A DNA stretch of 64,000 nucleotides from an uncultured Acidobacteriota bacterium. Lineage in GTDB: Bacteria > Acidobacteriota > UBA6911. Position numbers and translations under genes: made by a program. This document shows, one piece after another, positions 1 to 9,768 of this stretch. The stretch spans positions 1 through 64,000 of the forward strand of contig CAWHCF010000023.1 in assembly GCA_963827655.1 (NCBI GenBank), given 5' to 3'. The notes under the pieces were generated by a model that saw only the letters and a list, made by a program, of their open reading frames with translations, was not told where the DNA came from and did no database searches. Numbering within the stretch: position 1 is the first letter of the stretch; every line of letters starts with the position of its first letter.

Positions 1-87
1 CCCAAGGGTTCTTTTTTTCTTGAAGCCTGAGGCGTCAGAAAGCGCGTCGCTTGTTTGGCCGCAGCGAAACTGCGCCGAAAAACCTGC

Positions 88-116
88 TTGCCCGCGCGGA
101 CCGAATTCGGTACCTT
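88..116 (+). promoter_or_regulatory. sigma70-type promoter with palindromic operator of the TA operon
   Basis: TTGCCC (88-93), 17-bp spacer, TACCTT (111-116); perfect palindrome ACCGAATTCGGT (100-111) abutting the -10 box, upstream of the antitoxin ATG. Confidence 0.65.
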
Positions 117-146
117 TTTCAGACCAGGATAAATGGGGCCACATTA

Positions 147-458
147 ATGAACATCAAAGAAGATATTCGTCCGGTAACCTATTTAAAGAGCCGTGCCGCA
201 GATCTCCTCGCGCAGATAAACCAAACCCGACGTCCGGTAATAATCACGCAAAACGGCGAACCCAGGGCGGTCCTGCAGGATCCGGAGAGCTACGAGCGAA
301 TGCGGCGAGCAATCGGGATGCTGAAACTCATTGCCCAGGGCGAAGCTGACGTGCGCTCGGGAAAAACCCGCCCTCAGAAACTCTTCTTCTCTCAACTAGG
401 CAGAAAACTCGAGACGCACCGTAAGAAGCGTGCCCAAGCCAAAAAATTTCAGCGTTGA
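147..458 (+). CDS. Phd/YefM family antitoxin
   Basis: MNIKEDIRPVTYLKSRAADLLAQINQTRRPVIITQNGEPRAVL is a typical Phd N-terminus; overlaps the toxin gene; start moved to ATG 147. Confidence 0.9.
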   Translation: MNIKEDIRPVTYLKSRAADLLAQINQTRRPVIITQNGEPRAVLQDPESYERMRRAIGMLKLIAQGEADVRSGKTRPQKLFFSQLGRKLETHRKKRAQAKKFQR

Positions 459-762
459 ATGGACCGCGACGGCCCAGCTTGATCTTGAGGGGGTAATTCA
501 ATATATTTCCGAACAGAACGTTGCGGCGGCTTTTGAGATCCTGACTGAACTCGAGGATTCGGCGAGAACATTGACGAGAATGCCACTTCGCGGCCGCATA
601 GTTCCCGAACTCGCCGAATTCGGAATTCAAGAGTATCGAGAACTCATTCATTCTCCATGGCGAATCATCTACCGCGTCGACGGCGAGACCGTTTACGTCC
701 TCGCTGTTCTGGATAGCCGACGAAATTTGGAGGACGTCCTTCTCGACCGTTTTACCCGTTGA
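430..762 (+). CDS. RelE/ParE family toxin
   Basis: VEWTATAQLDLEGVIQYI...PLRGRIVPEL...YRELIHSPWRIIYRV...VYVLAVLDSRRNL. Confidence 0.9.
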   Translation: MPKPKNFSVEWTATAQLDLEGVIQYISEQNVAAAFEILTELEDSARTLTRMPLRGRIVPELAEFGIQEYRELIHSPWRIIYRVDGETVYVLAVLDSRRNLEDVLLDRFTR

Positions 763-1071
763 GTGGTGGGCTTCATCGTTGCAATATTCAACACGCTCGC
801 GGTTCCCGAAGCTTTGGCCGCGCTCCGCGACCTGTTCGCTCCCTCGCTCACCGGGCAGCAGCAGCGGAGGCGATCAGTCGCGATACCCGTGCGCGCGCCG
901 AGTGCCGGGGGCAAACTCCGTCGACACTTGCAAATTGCGTAGCTCGCGTCACCGCGCGCCGCGGTTTGTTGTTCCTATCCGCTGACAGTTATCGTTTACA
1001 CTACCTGATCGCAGGATGGGCATCACGGCTCTCGCTGTGAGTGTGCGTCCAAATAGAAGACTGGAATTACA

Positions 1072-1818
1072 ATGGCCAAGACAGACTTCAAGTCGGTGAA
1101 CGAGTACATCGCCTCGAAGCCCAAGGCGGTGCAGAGCATTCTCAAGCGCGTGCGCAGCACCATTCGCAAGGCTGTACCCGGAGCCGAGGAAGTTATCTCG
1201 TACCAGCTCCCCACGTACAAACTGAATGGTCTCCCGGTGATCTATTTCGCTGGGTGGAAGCAACACTACTCGCTTTATCCTGCCAGCGATCCGGTCGTCG
1301 CGGCGTTCAAAGACGAGCTTGCACCTTACGAGGTCAGCAAGGGCACAATTCGTTTCCCGCTCTCTGAGCCCGTCCCCGTGAATCTGATCGAACGCATCGC
1401 AAAGTTCCGCGCGAAGCAGCTAACAATGCCCGAGCGGGCGAAGGGACGGTCGACTCCACGCGAAACGCAACTGGAACGCGTGCGTCGCATTTGCGGCGCG
1501 ATGCCGAGCGTTATGGAAAAACTCTCGCACGGTGCACCAACGTTTTTTGTCGAGAAGGACAAGGGAGTGTTCACAATGTTCGCCGACAATCACCACAGCG
1601 ACGGGCACCTCGCCGTGTGGCTGCCGGCGCCGCCAGGTCTTCAGTCGGCGCTTATCGACGACGCGCCGGCAACTTACTTCAAACCGCCTTACGTGGGTTC
1701 AAGCGGTTGGATTGGTATCGAGCTGGATCAAATCGATGATGAAGCGCTCGAGATACACGTCCGCGAAGCTTGGGAGCTTGCCGCACCGAAAAAGAAGAAG
1801 CCACGGCGACGGTTCTAG
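1072..1818 (+). CDS. DUF1801 (YdhG-like) domain fused to MmcQ/YjbR-like domain
   Basis: N-half: VNEYIAS...AEEVISYQLPTYK...FAGWKQHYSLYP...SKGTIRFP. C-half: LERVRRIC...EKLSHGAPTFFV...YFKPPYVGSSGWIGIEL. Confidence 0.8.
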   Translation: MAKTDFKSVNEYIASKPKAVQSILKRVRSTIRKAVPGAEEVISYQLPTYKLNGLPVIYFAGWKQHYSLYPASDPVVAAFKDELAPYEVSKGTIRFPLSEPVPVNLIERIAKFRAKQLTMPERAKGRSTPRETQLERVRRICGAMPSVMEKLSHGAPTFFVEKDKGVFTMFADNHHSDGHLAVWLPAPPGLQSALIDDAPATYFKPPYVGSSGWIGIELDQIDDEALEIHVREAWELAAPKKKKPRRRF

Positions 1819-1853
1819 ACCCCATTGGGTAATGTGAAAACGCAAGGGGGACC

Positions 1854-2753
1854 ATGGAGGCAATGACAGGAAACTCCGCCTCGATACTGGCGCTATTATT
1901 CGTGGCGCTGCAGGCGGCGCACGCGCCGGCGCAGCAGCCTCTTCCGACGCTGCGCTACGATCCGCCGCCCAATTTCTACCGCAGCGCGATAACGCCGCCT
2001 GACGACTATTCCTCGAACGAGTTCAACGCGTCAGTTCAGATCTATCCGTTCCGCCCGTTCAACGGGAACATCGAGCACGCTTTCCGCCAGACGATGCTGC
2101 GCGATTGGATCGATCCGCGCCACCGGGAGACCAATGTGGCCGGCCCGCCCGAATTCACGCCCGGCAGCATCCACGGGGCGCAGTTCGTCGTCAGGGCGCG
2201 CTTTGCGGAGAACATCGCCGGTATCCGGAAGCAGCGCATGCGGATGCTGATCGTCTTGGGTAACGCCGGCGCGCTGGTGGACGCGTCCGCAAACAACATG
2301 ACGACCTGGCAGGGCGCTCTGCCGGCGCTGAACGCCATGTCCTCGACCATGCGCGTCGAGACGGGCGCGCCCGCGTGGCCGGTCGGGGCGGGCCCTGGTG
2401 CCGCGGGCGCCGGCGTGGCTGGGCTGTACATGGGAACCAAGCCGAAATACGTGGTGGACCTCAACCGGCCGGTCGGCTTGGGCCGGCACGTGCCGGCACT
2501 GCACTACTATCTGTTCTCCGCAGAAGGCCGCGTTTATCGAGCCTACGACCAGCTCGAGGTGCCCGGCGGCGACATCAGCGGCTTCGATTTCAATGCCGCC
2601 CAACGCGCCGATCCTGTCAACTCCGGCCGCTACACCGTGAAGGGCGGCCAATTGATCATCCAGTTCGGCGGCCAGCCGCCCGAGACCATCGTCACCGCCG
2701 TCCCGGAGAGAAATCGCGTAACGATCGAGACCGTGCGGTACGTCCGGCAATAG
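1854..2753 (+). CDS. hypothetical exported protein
   Basis: 299-aa ORF with signal-peptide-like N-terminus (ILALLFVALQAAHA) and GC3-biased codons; no family recognised. Confidence 0.7.
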   Translation: MEAMTGNSASILALLFVALQAAHAPAQQPLPTLRYDPPPNFYRSAITPPDDYSSNEFNASVQIYPFRPFNGNIEHAFRQTMLRDWIDPRHRETNVAGPPEFTPGSIHGAQFVVRARFAENIAGIRKQRMRMLIVLGNAGALVDASANNMTTWQGALPALNAMSSTMRVETGAPAWPVGAGPGAAGAGVAGLYMGTKPKYVVDLNRPVGLGRHVPALHYYLFSAEGRVYRAYDQLEVPGGDISGFDFNAAQRADPVNSGRYTVKGGQLIIQFGGQPPETIVTAVPERNRVTIETVRYVRQ

Positions 2754-2785
2754 CCCGCAATGCTGCGGGCCGAGTGGTAATAGCG

Positions 2786-2831
2786 CCGGGACGGGCAGTG
2801 GAGTTGACATAAGAGCTAAAACCGGAAGTTG
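2786..2831 (+). repeat. partial copy (C) of the ~140-bp dispersed repeat
   Basis: CCGGGACGGGCAGTGGAGTTGACATAAGAGCTAAAACCGGAAGTTG aligns with the right half of the copies at 2936 and 7005. Confidence 0.8.
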
Positions 2832-2935
2832 CTGAAAGTACTCGACGAAGAGTTCCGCAAGCTGGGGCGATGAACCCGATGCAAAGAACTTCGATGCCGG
2901 TGCTGGCGGTCGTCCTCCTGCTCGGGCGCCGAACC

Positions 2936-3070
2936 GGACATTTCTGCGAATTTCACAACAGTGACACGTTCCATAGAGTAGAATCCGCACTTAATTGAGC
3001 TCCGGGACAGGCAGTGAAGTTGACATAAGAAGTTGAGGGTGTCCTGCCCGGATCTCGATCCCAAAATGTG
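2936..3070 (+). repeat. ~135-bp dispersed repeat, copy B
   Basis: GGACATTTCTGCGAATTTCACAACAGTG...CTTAATTGAGCTCCGGGACAG...TGTCCTGCCCGGATCTCGATCC, near-identical to 7005-7150 apart from an ~11-bp gap. Confidence 0.9.
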
Positions 3071-3376
3071 TTGTTTGTTTTTCCTGGCGCGGCTGAGGCC
3101 GCAATCAAAGCTTGAGATGCGTGGACGCAGCACGCTTTCCGCCTTCAGCTTCAGCACTCAGCCAAGACTTCTTCGCGCAATGCAAAGAAGTCAGGGACAA
3201 GGATCTACACCCTCAGACGGGCCGGACTGGTCTGGCGACGCAGTTCATCGAACGCTAGCAAGGATCGACGATAAGTCGCGTCCAGGTGAGACGTGGCTCT
3301 GCCCAGAGAAGTTGTGACGGGATTCTCAAACTTCTCTGGATCGTTGTCGTGATGTGGTCAAGCGGGAGGGTTGTTC

Positions 3377-4472
3377 ATGAAACTTTCATTGAAGCCTTCT
3401 TTCAATTGGTTTCTCGTTTTCATTCCCATCACGGTCGCACTCGAGCACTCCGGCAGCTTTTCCCCGCCACTGATTTTCTTTTCGGCGGCGCTGGCAATCA
3501 TTCCTATTGCAAAACTCATCGTCGAGGCTACCGAACACATTTCAACTCGAACAGGTGATGCCGTGGGCGGATTGCTGAACGCGACTTTCGGCAATGCCCC
3601 CGAGCTCATCATCGCGGTGGTGGCTCTGAGAGCGGGACTGTTCGATATGGTGCGGGCCTCGATCATCGGGGCTATTCTGGCAAATCTTCTGCTCGCACTG
3701 GGAGTCGCCTTTCTAATTGGAGGATTGCGTTACCGCGATCAGGACTACAACACGAAGGCCGCGCGCATCTATAGCTCCATGATGCTCATTTCCGTGATCA
3801 GTCTCGCGGTGCCGAGCGCTTTCAGCCGTTTCTTCTCGCCGGACGGCACGATCCGGGAGGAGAAGCTTCTGAACCTGGGAATGGCGATCGTGCTTTTGCT
3901 CGCTTATGGTCTCTACCTGCTCTTCATGCTGAAGACCCACCCTCATTTCTTCTCGAGTGCAGCCGTCAGCGAGGAACACCACGAGCGAGGGCGAGCATTG
4001 GGGAATCCCGAGGGCGGTCGGCAGCCTGATTGGCGCCTCGGTGCTCGCGGCCTGGATGAGCGAGATACTGGTCGGCGCGGCGGAAGGGACGGGGAAATCG
4101 CTGGGCATGTCGCAGACCTTTATCGGGATTGTTATCCTGGCGATAGTCGGGGGAGCGGCGGAGAGCGGGTCGGCGGTTGCAATGGCGCGAAAGAACAAAA
4201 TGGATCTGACGCTGGGGATCGCGCTTGGCAGTTGCATTCAGATCGCGCTCTTCGTTGCGCCTGTTCTGGTGCTCGTGAGTTATTTCCTGGCCCCGCAGCC
4301 GCTTGAGCTTTCTTTCGGGCGAGCAGAGCTGGGTTCGATGTTCCTCGGCGTTCTGATTGGCGGGGTGGTCTCGGCAGAGGGTCAGTCCAACTGGTACAAA
4401 GGTGTCCAGCTGATTACCGTCTACGTGATCATGGCCTTCATGTTCTATTTTATTCCGGATGTGCCCCGCTAA
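3377..4472 (+). CDS. calcium/proton exchanger (CAX/ChaA family), one frameshift near 3990
   Basis: GLLNATFGNAPE alpha-1 repeat, GAILANLLL, second repeat IVGGAAES, GSCIQIALFVAP, SNWYKGVQL; split over ORFs 3371-4306 and 3957-4472. Confidence 0.9.
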
Positions 4473-4548
4473 GGAGACCGCCTGGTAACACTTTACAAAT
4501 GCGCTGCGCAGACTTGCATCGCGCGAGGATGAAGCGGAGGAGCGAACG

Positions 4549-5230
4549 ATGAAGCGAAAGCCAGCGGAAGCATTGTCGCGATTCTGGGCGACAGATCGCG
4601 GCCTCTCAATCTTGCTGGGCTTTCTGGTTGTAGCCGTTTTCCTGCTGCCGCTGCTTCGGGACATTGGGCCGCTCAGAAGGGTCGTCAGAGACGTCACTTT
4701 CTCACTGCTGCTGATCTCGGGCGCTGGTGCAGTGTCTGAGCGACGTCCGACTTTTCTGCTAATATCGGTGGTGGCAACCGCGGCACTCCTCGTGCGCTGG
4801 CTGAGTTGGCTGGCACCGTCCGACGTTCTCGAGCAGTGGCGGGCGGTTTCATTGCTCGCTTCCCTCGGCTTGCTTTCTTTGGTGGTTCTGGCGCAGGTCT
4901 TTCGCAAAGGCCCAGTCACATTGCACCGTGTCCGGGGTGCGATTGCTGCCTATCTGCTTCTCGGGCTGACGTGGGGTTTCGCCTACGAGCTGGTGGCGCT
5001 GACGCAACCGGGAGCGTTTGCCGGGCCCGGCGTTGAAGTGGCTGCGTCGGAGATCGTGGCAATACTTCAGTTTTGTGACGCTCACCACTGTAGGCTACGG
5101 CGACGTCACGCCCATTCATGCAGTCGCTCGCTCGCTTGCCATGCTCGAAGCGTTGACTGGACAGCTCTACCCTGCAATCCTGCTCGCCCGGCTTGTCTCC
5201 CTTGAAGTAGAATCGCGCAGGCAGGGATGA
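4549..5230 (+). CDS. potassium channel family protein (Ion_trans_2), frameshift near 5050
   Basis: several TM helices, GAIAAYLLLG, pore motif YFSFVTLTTVGYGDVTP in the second frame. Confidence 0.85.
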
Positions 5231-5248
5231 CTCGTAGTTGTCCTCCGG

Positions 5249-6448
5249 TTGCAGGTCTTCAGTGGAGAGGAAGACTCCTTGCGGGAAAATGGCTTCTCTC
5301 TGGTCAATGGTGGCCCGCTGTTTCGACTGCTGAGCCGCTTCGGGCTCATCAAGTCTGATGCTCACGATGCCATCAGAAGAATCATCTTTTTCTTCCTGCT
5401 CACATGGCTTCCTGTCCTGGTCCTGGCTGCGATGCAGGACCTGGCTTGGGGGAATAGGGTCAAAGTCCCTTTCCTCCTGGATTTTGTCGCCCATGCCCGC
5501 TTCCTGCTCGCGATTCCGTTGCTGATTGCAGCGGAGGTAGTGGTTGATTTGCGTGTAACGTCTTTGGGCCGGCATTTTGCCACCTGCGGCCTCGTGCCTC
5601 CGGATCAGCTCTCGAATTACCAATCGGCAGTAACGGAGGTCACAAGACTGCGGGATCTGAAAACCGCCGAAGTGGTGATGCTTGCCATCGCCTATACCGT
5701 GGTCGGGTTTTCCATACCACGCGAGTTAGCGACTGACGTCGGGGGATGGCACGTCCTCTTTTCAGAGTCCGGCGGCACGATTACGTTTGCGGGCTGGTGG
5801 TATGCCCTGGTGAGCATTCCCACCTTTCAGTTGCTGACCTACCGGTGGCTCTGGAGGATCATCATCTGGACCCGGTTCCTCTGGCGCATGTCGAGGCTTG
5901 ACCTGCAACTGGTTCCGACGCACGCCGACCTTGCCGGCGGATTAGGCTTCCTGGGCATGACACCCACCGCTTTCGGCATCATCCCTTTCTCGATAGGAAT
6001 CGTTCTCTCAGGTGTCCTGGCCAGGGAGATAGTTTTCCATGGAGCATCCCTCCCCCAGTTCAAGGCTGTAATCGCCATGTTCCTTGCGCTGTCATTAATC
6101 ATCAATTTCGGCCCGCTCCTGGTCTTCGTGGTGAAGCTCGCCGTCACCAAAAGGAAGGGCCTGTTGCAATACGGCGCGCTGACGAGTCAGCACGACCATT
6201 CTTTCTATCGAAAGTGGGTGATCGGCGAGAAACCGGACAGCGACACTATCCTGGGCAATCCGGACGTCTCATCATTAGCAGACCTGGGTTCGAGCTACGA
6301 GAGAATCAAGAATATGAGATTGATGCCGGTTGATCTACGGGCAATCATCTCAGTGACGGTTGCCGCGAGCATCCCGCTGGCGCCGTTGCTCCTGACGGTG
6401 TATCCCTTCGACGAGCTCCTGCAGAAGATGCTCCAGATTTTCGTCTGA
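5249..6448 (+). CDS. conserved hypothetical integral membrane protein
   Basis: 399 aa with multiple TM segments; motifs FSLVNGGPLFRL, PTHADLAGGLGFL, PDVSSLADLGSSY; start uncertain. Confidence 0.8.
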   Translation: MQVFSGEEDSLRENGFSLVNGGPLFRLLSRFGLIKSDAHDAIRRIIFFFLLTWLPVLVLAAMQDLAWGNRVKVPFLLDFVAHARFLLAIPLLIAAEVVVDLRVTSLGRHFATCGLVPPDQLSNYQSAVTEVTRLRDLKTAEVVMLAIAYTVVGFSIPRELATDVGGWHVLFSESGGTITFAGWWYALVSIPTFQLLTYRWLWRIIIWTRFLWRMSRLDLQLVPTHADLAGGLGFLGMTPTAFGIIPFSIGIVLSGVLAREIVFHGASLPQFKAVIAMFLALSLIINFGPLLVFVVKLAVTKRKGLLQYGALTSQHDHSFYRKWVIGEKPDSDTILGNPDVSSLADLGSSYERIKNMRLMPVDLRAIISVTVAASIPLAPLLLTVYPFDELLQKMLQIFV

Positions 6449-6501
6449 GAGTTCAACCAGGGCGGGCGTCGTGGAATGATGCTTTCCACTCAGGTCTCCG
6501 G

Positions 6502-7004
6502 ATGCTCGAGGACGCCGGCGCTCCTCTCGTCATCCTTACCTCGCTCTACGAGGAACAGGTCGAGCACGAAGGGCGCGTGGCCACTGCCGCACTGGACACG
6601 CCCAAGGAGCAGTTTGCCGAGGCGCTGTCTTATCTTCCCGAGCCGGACAGTTACCGCGTTGGTCCGGACGACTATCTGGACAAGATCCGGCGAGCCCGGG
6701 AGGCGGTCGGAGTTCCGGTGATCGCGTCGCTCAATGGAAGAACTATAGGGGGCTGGATCGACTACGCCCGGCTGATCGAGCAGGCGGGGGCCCATGCGAT
6801 CGAGCTGAACCTGTTTCACGTTCCCACCGACGCGAACCGGAGCTGTCTCGAGATCGAGACGGAAAGCCTCGAAATCGTGCGTCATTTGAAGCAGGCAGCG
6901 CGCATCCCGCTCGCCGTGAAGTTATCCCAGTTCTATACGTCGGTCCCCCACTTCGCGCGCTCCCTGGATGAACTGGGGGTTGACGGTCTGGTCCTCTTCA
7001 ATCG
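6502..7004 (+). pseudogene. internal fragment of a dihydroorotate dehydrogenase-like flavoprotein
   Basis: LEDAGA...SLYEEQ, PVIASLNG, AIELNL, IPLAVKLS, DGLVLFNR; the family N-terminus is absent and the C-terminus is cut exactly by the repeat at 7005. Confidence 0.8.
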
Positions 7005-7150
7005 GGACATTTCTGCAAATTTCACAACAGTGGCGTGTTCCATAGAGTAAAATCCGCACTTAATTGAGCTCCGGGACAGACAGTGTTTCAGACATAAGAA
7101 CTAAAGCCGGAAGTTGAGGCTGTCCTGCCCGGATCTCGATCCAAGATGTG
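7005..7150 (+). repeat. ~145-bp dispersed repeat, copy A
   Basis: direct repeat of 2936-3070; internal imperfect inverted repeat GAGCTCCGGGACAGACAG...CTGTCCTGCCCGGATCTC. Confidence 0.9.
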
Positions 7151-7212
7151 CCTATCCGCCGAAGCGGGATTTCAATATGCCGAAGGGGTTGCGCCCGCCG
7201 GCGTCGCACAGA

Positions 7213-9714
7213 ATGCAGGAACTTCTCGTTTCTTCGCGTCCTCGCGGTGAGGTCGAGAAACCCGAAGGGAGACCGGCGAGATTGCTCGCGGACTTTTCCA
7301 GGCCTGGCCTTCTCTCTATCGTCGTCCTCGGTTCGCTTCTTTTGCCCGGGGTCGACATGCGATTACAAAGCAAGAGGCCGGCTGAATCCGACAAACACCT
7401 GCGCCAGGCGCGGGCCTTCTTCGACCAGAGAAAATTCACCGAAGCCGCTTTGGAGGCGCGGCGTGCCATCGAACTCAACCGGGAAAACGTCGATGCCTGG
7501 AAGCTCAGCGGCCTGTCGCTGCAATTGTCCCGGCGCTTTCCCGAGGCGGCGCAGGAATTCACGGCCGCGCTGGAAATATTCCCCCGGGATGCAGACCTCT
7601 GGTTTTTTCTCGGCCGGATACGATACCTGAACCGAGAACTGAAGGCGGCGGAAGAGGCGGTGCGGACTGCCATTCGGCTCAAATCGGATCACGCCGACGC
7701 GCTCACCCAACTCGGAATGCTTCTGGAAGCAAGGCACGATCATGCCCAGGCGCTCAAGCACTACGAGGCGGCCATCGCCGCCAATCGGAAGCAGTCGCGC
7801 TCCGAAACCATGGCTCTGGTCAGCGCGGGACACTTGCTGATGAAACTCGGGCGCCTCGAGGAAAGCCTGCGTCATTTCGATGCCGCAGAAAGTCTCAATC
7901 CGAAGTCGGGCGCAATCAGGATGTCTCGTGGCCGAGTCCTTGAAAGGCTCGGGCGAAGGGATGAGGCGGAACAAGAGTTCCAGAAGGCTGTCGCGCTCGG
8001 CGGCGATGGCCGCGCGCGCAATCTTCTCGAACGTCTTAAATCAGTGAAAGTGCCCGAGAAGCATCCTGCCGGCGTTCCTCCGGGAGCATCCAGGCCGGTG
8101 ACTCCGATTCGTTTTCGCAACGCGGCGGTTCCCGCGAAGCTCGACTTCGTTCTGCAAAACAGTGCCACACCCCACAAATACCAGGTGGAGACGATGCCCG
8201 GGGGCGTAGCAGCGCTGGACTACAACAACGACGGCTGGACCGATATTTATTTCGCCAATGGCGCCGAGCTTCCGTCCTTGCTAAAGACCTCGTCCCGCTA
8301 CTGGAACAGGCTGTTTCGAAACAATCAGGATGGAACTTTCACCGATATGACAGCTGCCGCCGGCGTTGCCGGCGAGGGCTACTCCATGGGAGTGGCGGTG
8401 GGCGATTTCGACAACGACGGGAACCAGGATATCTTCGTTGCCGGCGTCAACCGGAACCTGCTGCTATCCAACCGGGGCAACGGAACTTTTTCCGATGTCA
8501 CGGACGCGGCTGGACTCGCCGGGATCGATCCCCAACGGGGGAAAATGTGGTCCGTCGCTGCAGCGTGGTTCGACTACGACAACGACGGCGACCTCGATCT
8601 TTTTGTGGTGAACTATTGCAAGTGGAACACCACGATCGATCCGTATTGTGGCGCTTCCTTGCCGGGATTTCGCACCTACTGTTTTCCCGACCGGTTCGAA
8701 GGTCTTCCCAACCAGCTCTTCCGAAACAACGGAAACGGCACCTTCACCGATGTATCTGCGGCGAGCGGCATCGCTTCGCACATTGGAAAGGGAATGGGCA
8801 CGGCAGTGGCCGATCTGGATGACGATGGCTGGACCGACATTTTCGTCGCGAACGACACGGTTCCAAACTTTCTCTTTCGAAACGACGGCTCCGGCAGGTT
8901 TCAGGAAATTGCGCTGCGCGCAGGCGTGGCGGTGACCGAGTCAGGGGAGCCGGTCTCCAGCATGGGGGTGGACTTTCGCGATTACGACAACGATGGTTCA
9001 CCGGATCTGGTCGTCTCAGCCCTTGAAGGCGAAACCTTTCCGCTGTTTCGAAACGTGGGCCGGGGTTTCTTTACCGACGAGACCTATGCCAGCCGGCTGG
9101 GGCTGGAAACGGCCAGGCGCAGCGGTTGGAGCCTGGGGCTCTACGATTTCAACAACGACGGATTCAGAGACCTCTTCACCGTCAACTCGCATGTCAACGA
9201 CAACATCGAACTTTACAACGAACAGACCTACCGGCAGCCCAACAGCATCTTCGTAAACCAGAAAGACGGCACCTTCGTCGATGCGTCGGAATCCGCGGGA
9301 TTCGACTCTCGGTCTAGAAGCGCGCATCGGGGTTGCGCCTTTGCCGACTTCAACAACGACGGGAAGATAGACGTTGTCACCACCTCGCTGAACGAGCCCA
9401 GCGAGTTATGGCTCAACGATTCCCCGAATCAAAACCACTGGCTTTCTGTGCGGCTTACCGGTACCCGCAGCAACCGGCTCGGGCTCGGGGCGATGATCAA
9501 GCTTACTTCGGCTTCCGGCGCCCGGCAGTTCAATCACTCAACCACCAGCGTGGGGTATGCTTCCTCCAGTGACCGACTCGTTCACTTCGGGCTGGGTAGC
9601 GACAAGCAGGTACGCGTCCTGGAAGTTCGCTGGCCGAGCGGCACGGTGCAGGTGCTACGGGACCTCGAGGCAGACCGCATCATTACGATTCGTGAACCTC
9701 CCGCCGCGCAATGA
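7213..9714 (+). CDS. TPR-repeat + CRTAC1-like (FG-GAP/VCBS, ASPIC/UnbV) protein
   Basis: N-terminal TPRs, repeated DYNNDG/DFDNDG/DYDNDG beta-propeller motifs, C-terminal GYASSSDRLVHFGLG...VRWPSG; start uncertain. Confidence 0.9.
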   Translation: MQELLVSSRPRGEVEKPEGRPARLLADFSRPGLLSIVVLGSLLLPGVDMRLQSKRPAESDKHLRQARAFFDQRKFTEAALEARRAIELNRENVDAWKLSGLSLQLSRRFPEAAQEFTAALEIFPRDADLWFFLGRIRYLNRELKAAEEAVRTAIRLKSDHADALTQLGMLLEARHDHAQALKHYEAAIAANRKQSRSETMALVSAGHLLMKLGRLEESLRHFDAAESLNPKSGAIRMSRGRVLERLGRRDEAEQEFQKAVALGGDGRARNLLERLKSVKVPEKHPAGVPPGASRPVTPIRFRNAAVPAKLDFVLQNSATPHKYQVETMPGGVAALDYNNDGWTDIYFANGAELPSLLKTSSRYWNRLFRNNQDGTFTDMTAAAGVAGEGYSMGVAVGDFDNDGNQDIFVAGVNRNLLLSNRGNGTFSDVTDAAGLAGIDPQRGKMWSVAAAWFDYDNDGDLDLFVVNYCKWNTTIDPYCGASLPGFRTYCFPDRFEGLPNQLFRNNGNGTFTDVSAASGIASHIGKGMGTAVADLDDDGWTDIFVANDTVPNFLFRNDGSGRFQEIALRAGVAVTESGEPVSSMGVDFRDYDNDGSPDLVVSALEGETFPLFRNVGRGFFTDETYASRLGLETARRSGWSLGLYDFNNDGFRDLFTVNSHVNDNIELYNEQTYRQPNSIFVNQKDGTFVDASESAGFDSRSRSAHRGCAFADFNNDGKIDVVTTSLNEPSELWLNDSPNQNHWLSVRLTGTRSNRLGLGAMIKLTSASGARQFNHSTTSVGYASSSDRLVHFGLGSDKQVRVLEVRWPSGTVQVLRDLEADRIITIREPPAAQ

Positions 9715-9721
9715 CATCAGG

Positions 9722-9761
9722 AAACCGGGACGTCCCACAACGTTTGGGACGTCCCCAGTTT
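9722..9761. terminator. palindromic hairpin between convergent genes (REP-like/bidirectional terminator)
   Basis: AAACCGGGACGTCCCA...TGGGACGTCCCCAGTTT. Confidence 0.6.
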
Positions 9762-9768
9762 TCTCGCG

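Noticed and set aside
966-983. TTGTTGTTCCTATCCGCT resembling 23147-23164 upstream of the eCIS genes
   Set aside because: Only 16/18 identity with no extension; matches like this are expected by chance in 64 kb.
3957-5230. Programmed frameshifting in the CAX and K+ channel genes
   Set aside because: No slippery site or stimulatory structure is evident, and similar indels affect many unrelated genes; sequencing error is simpler.
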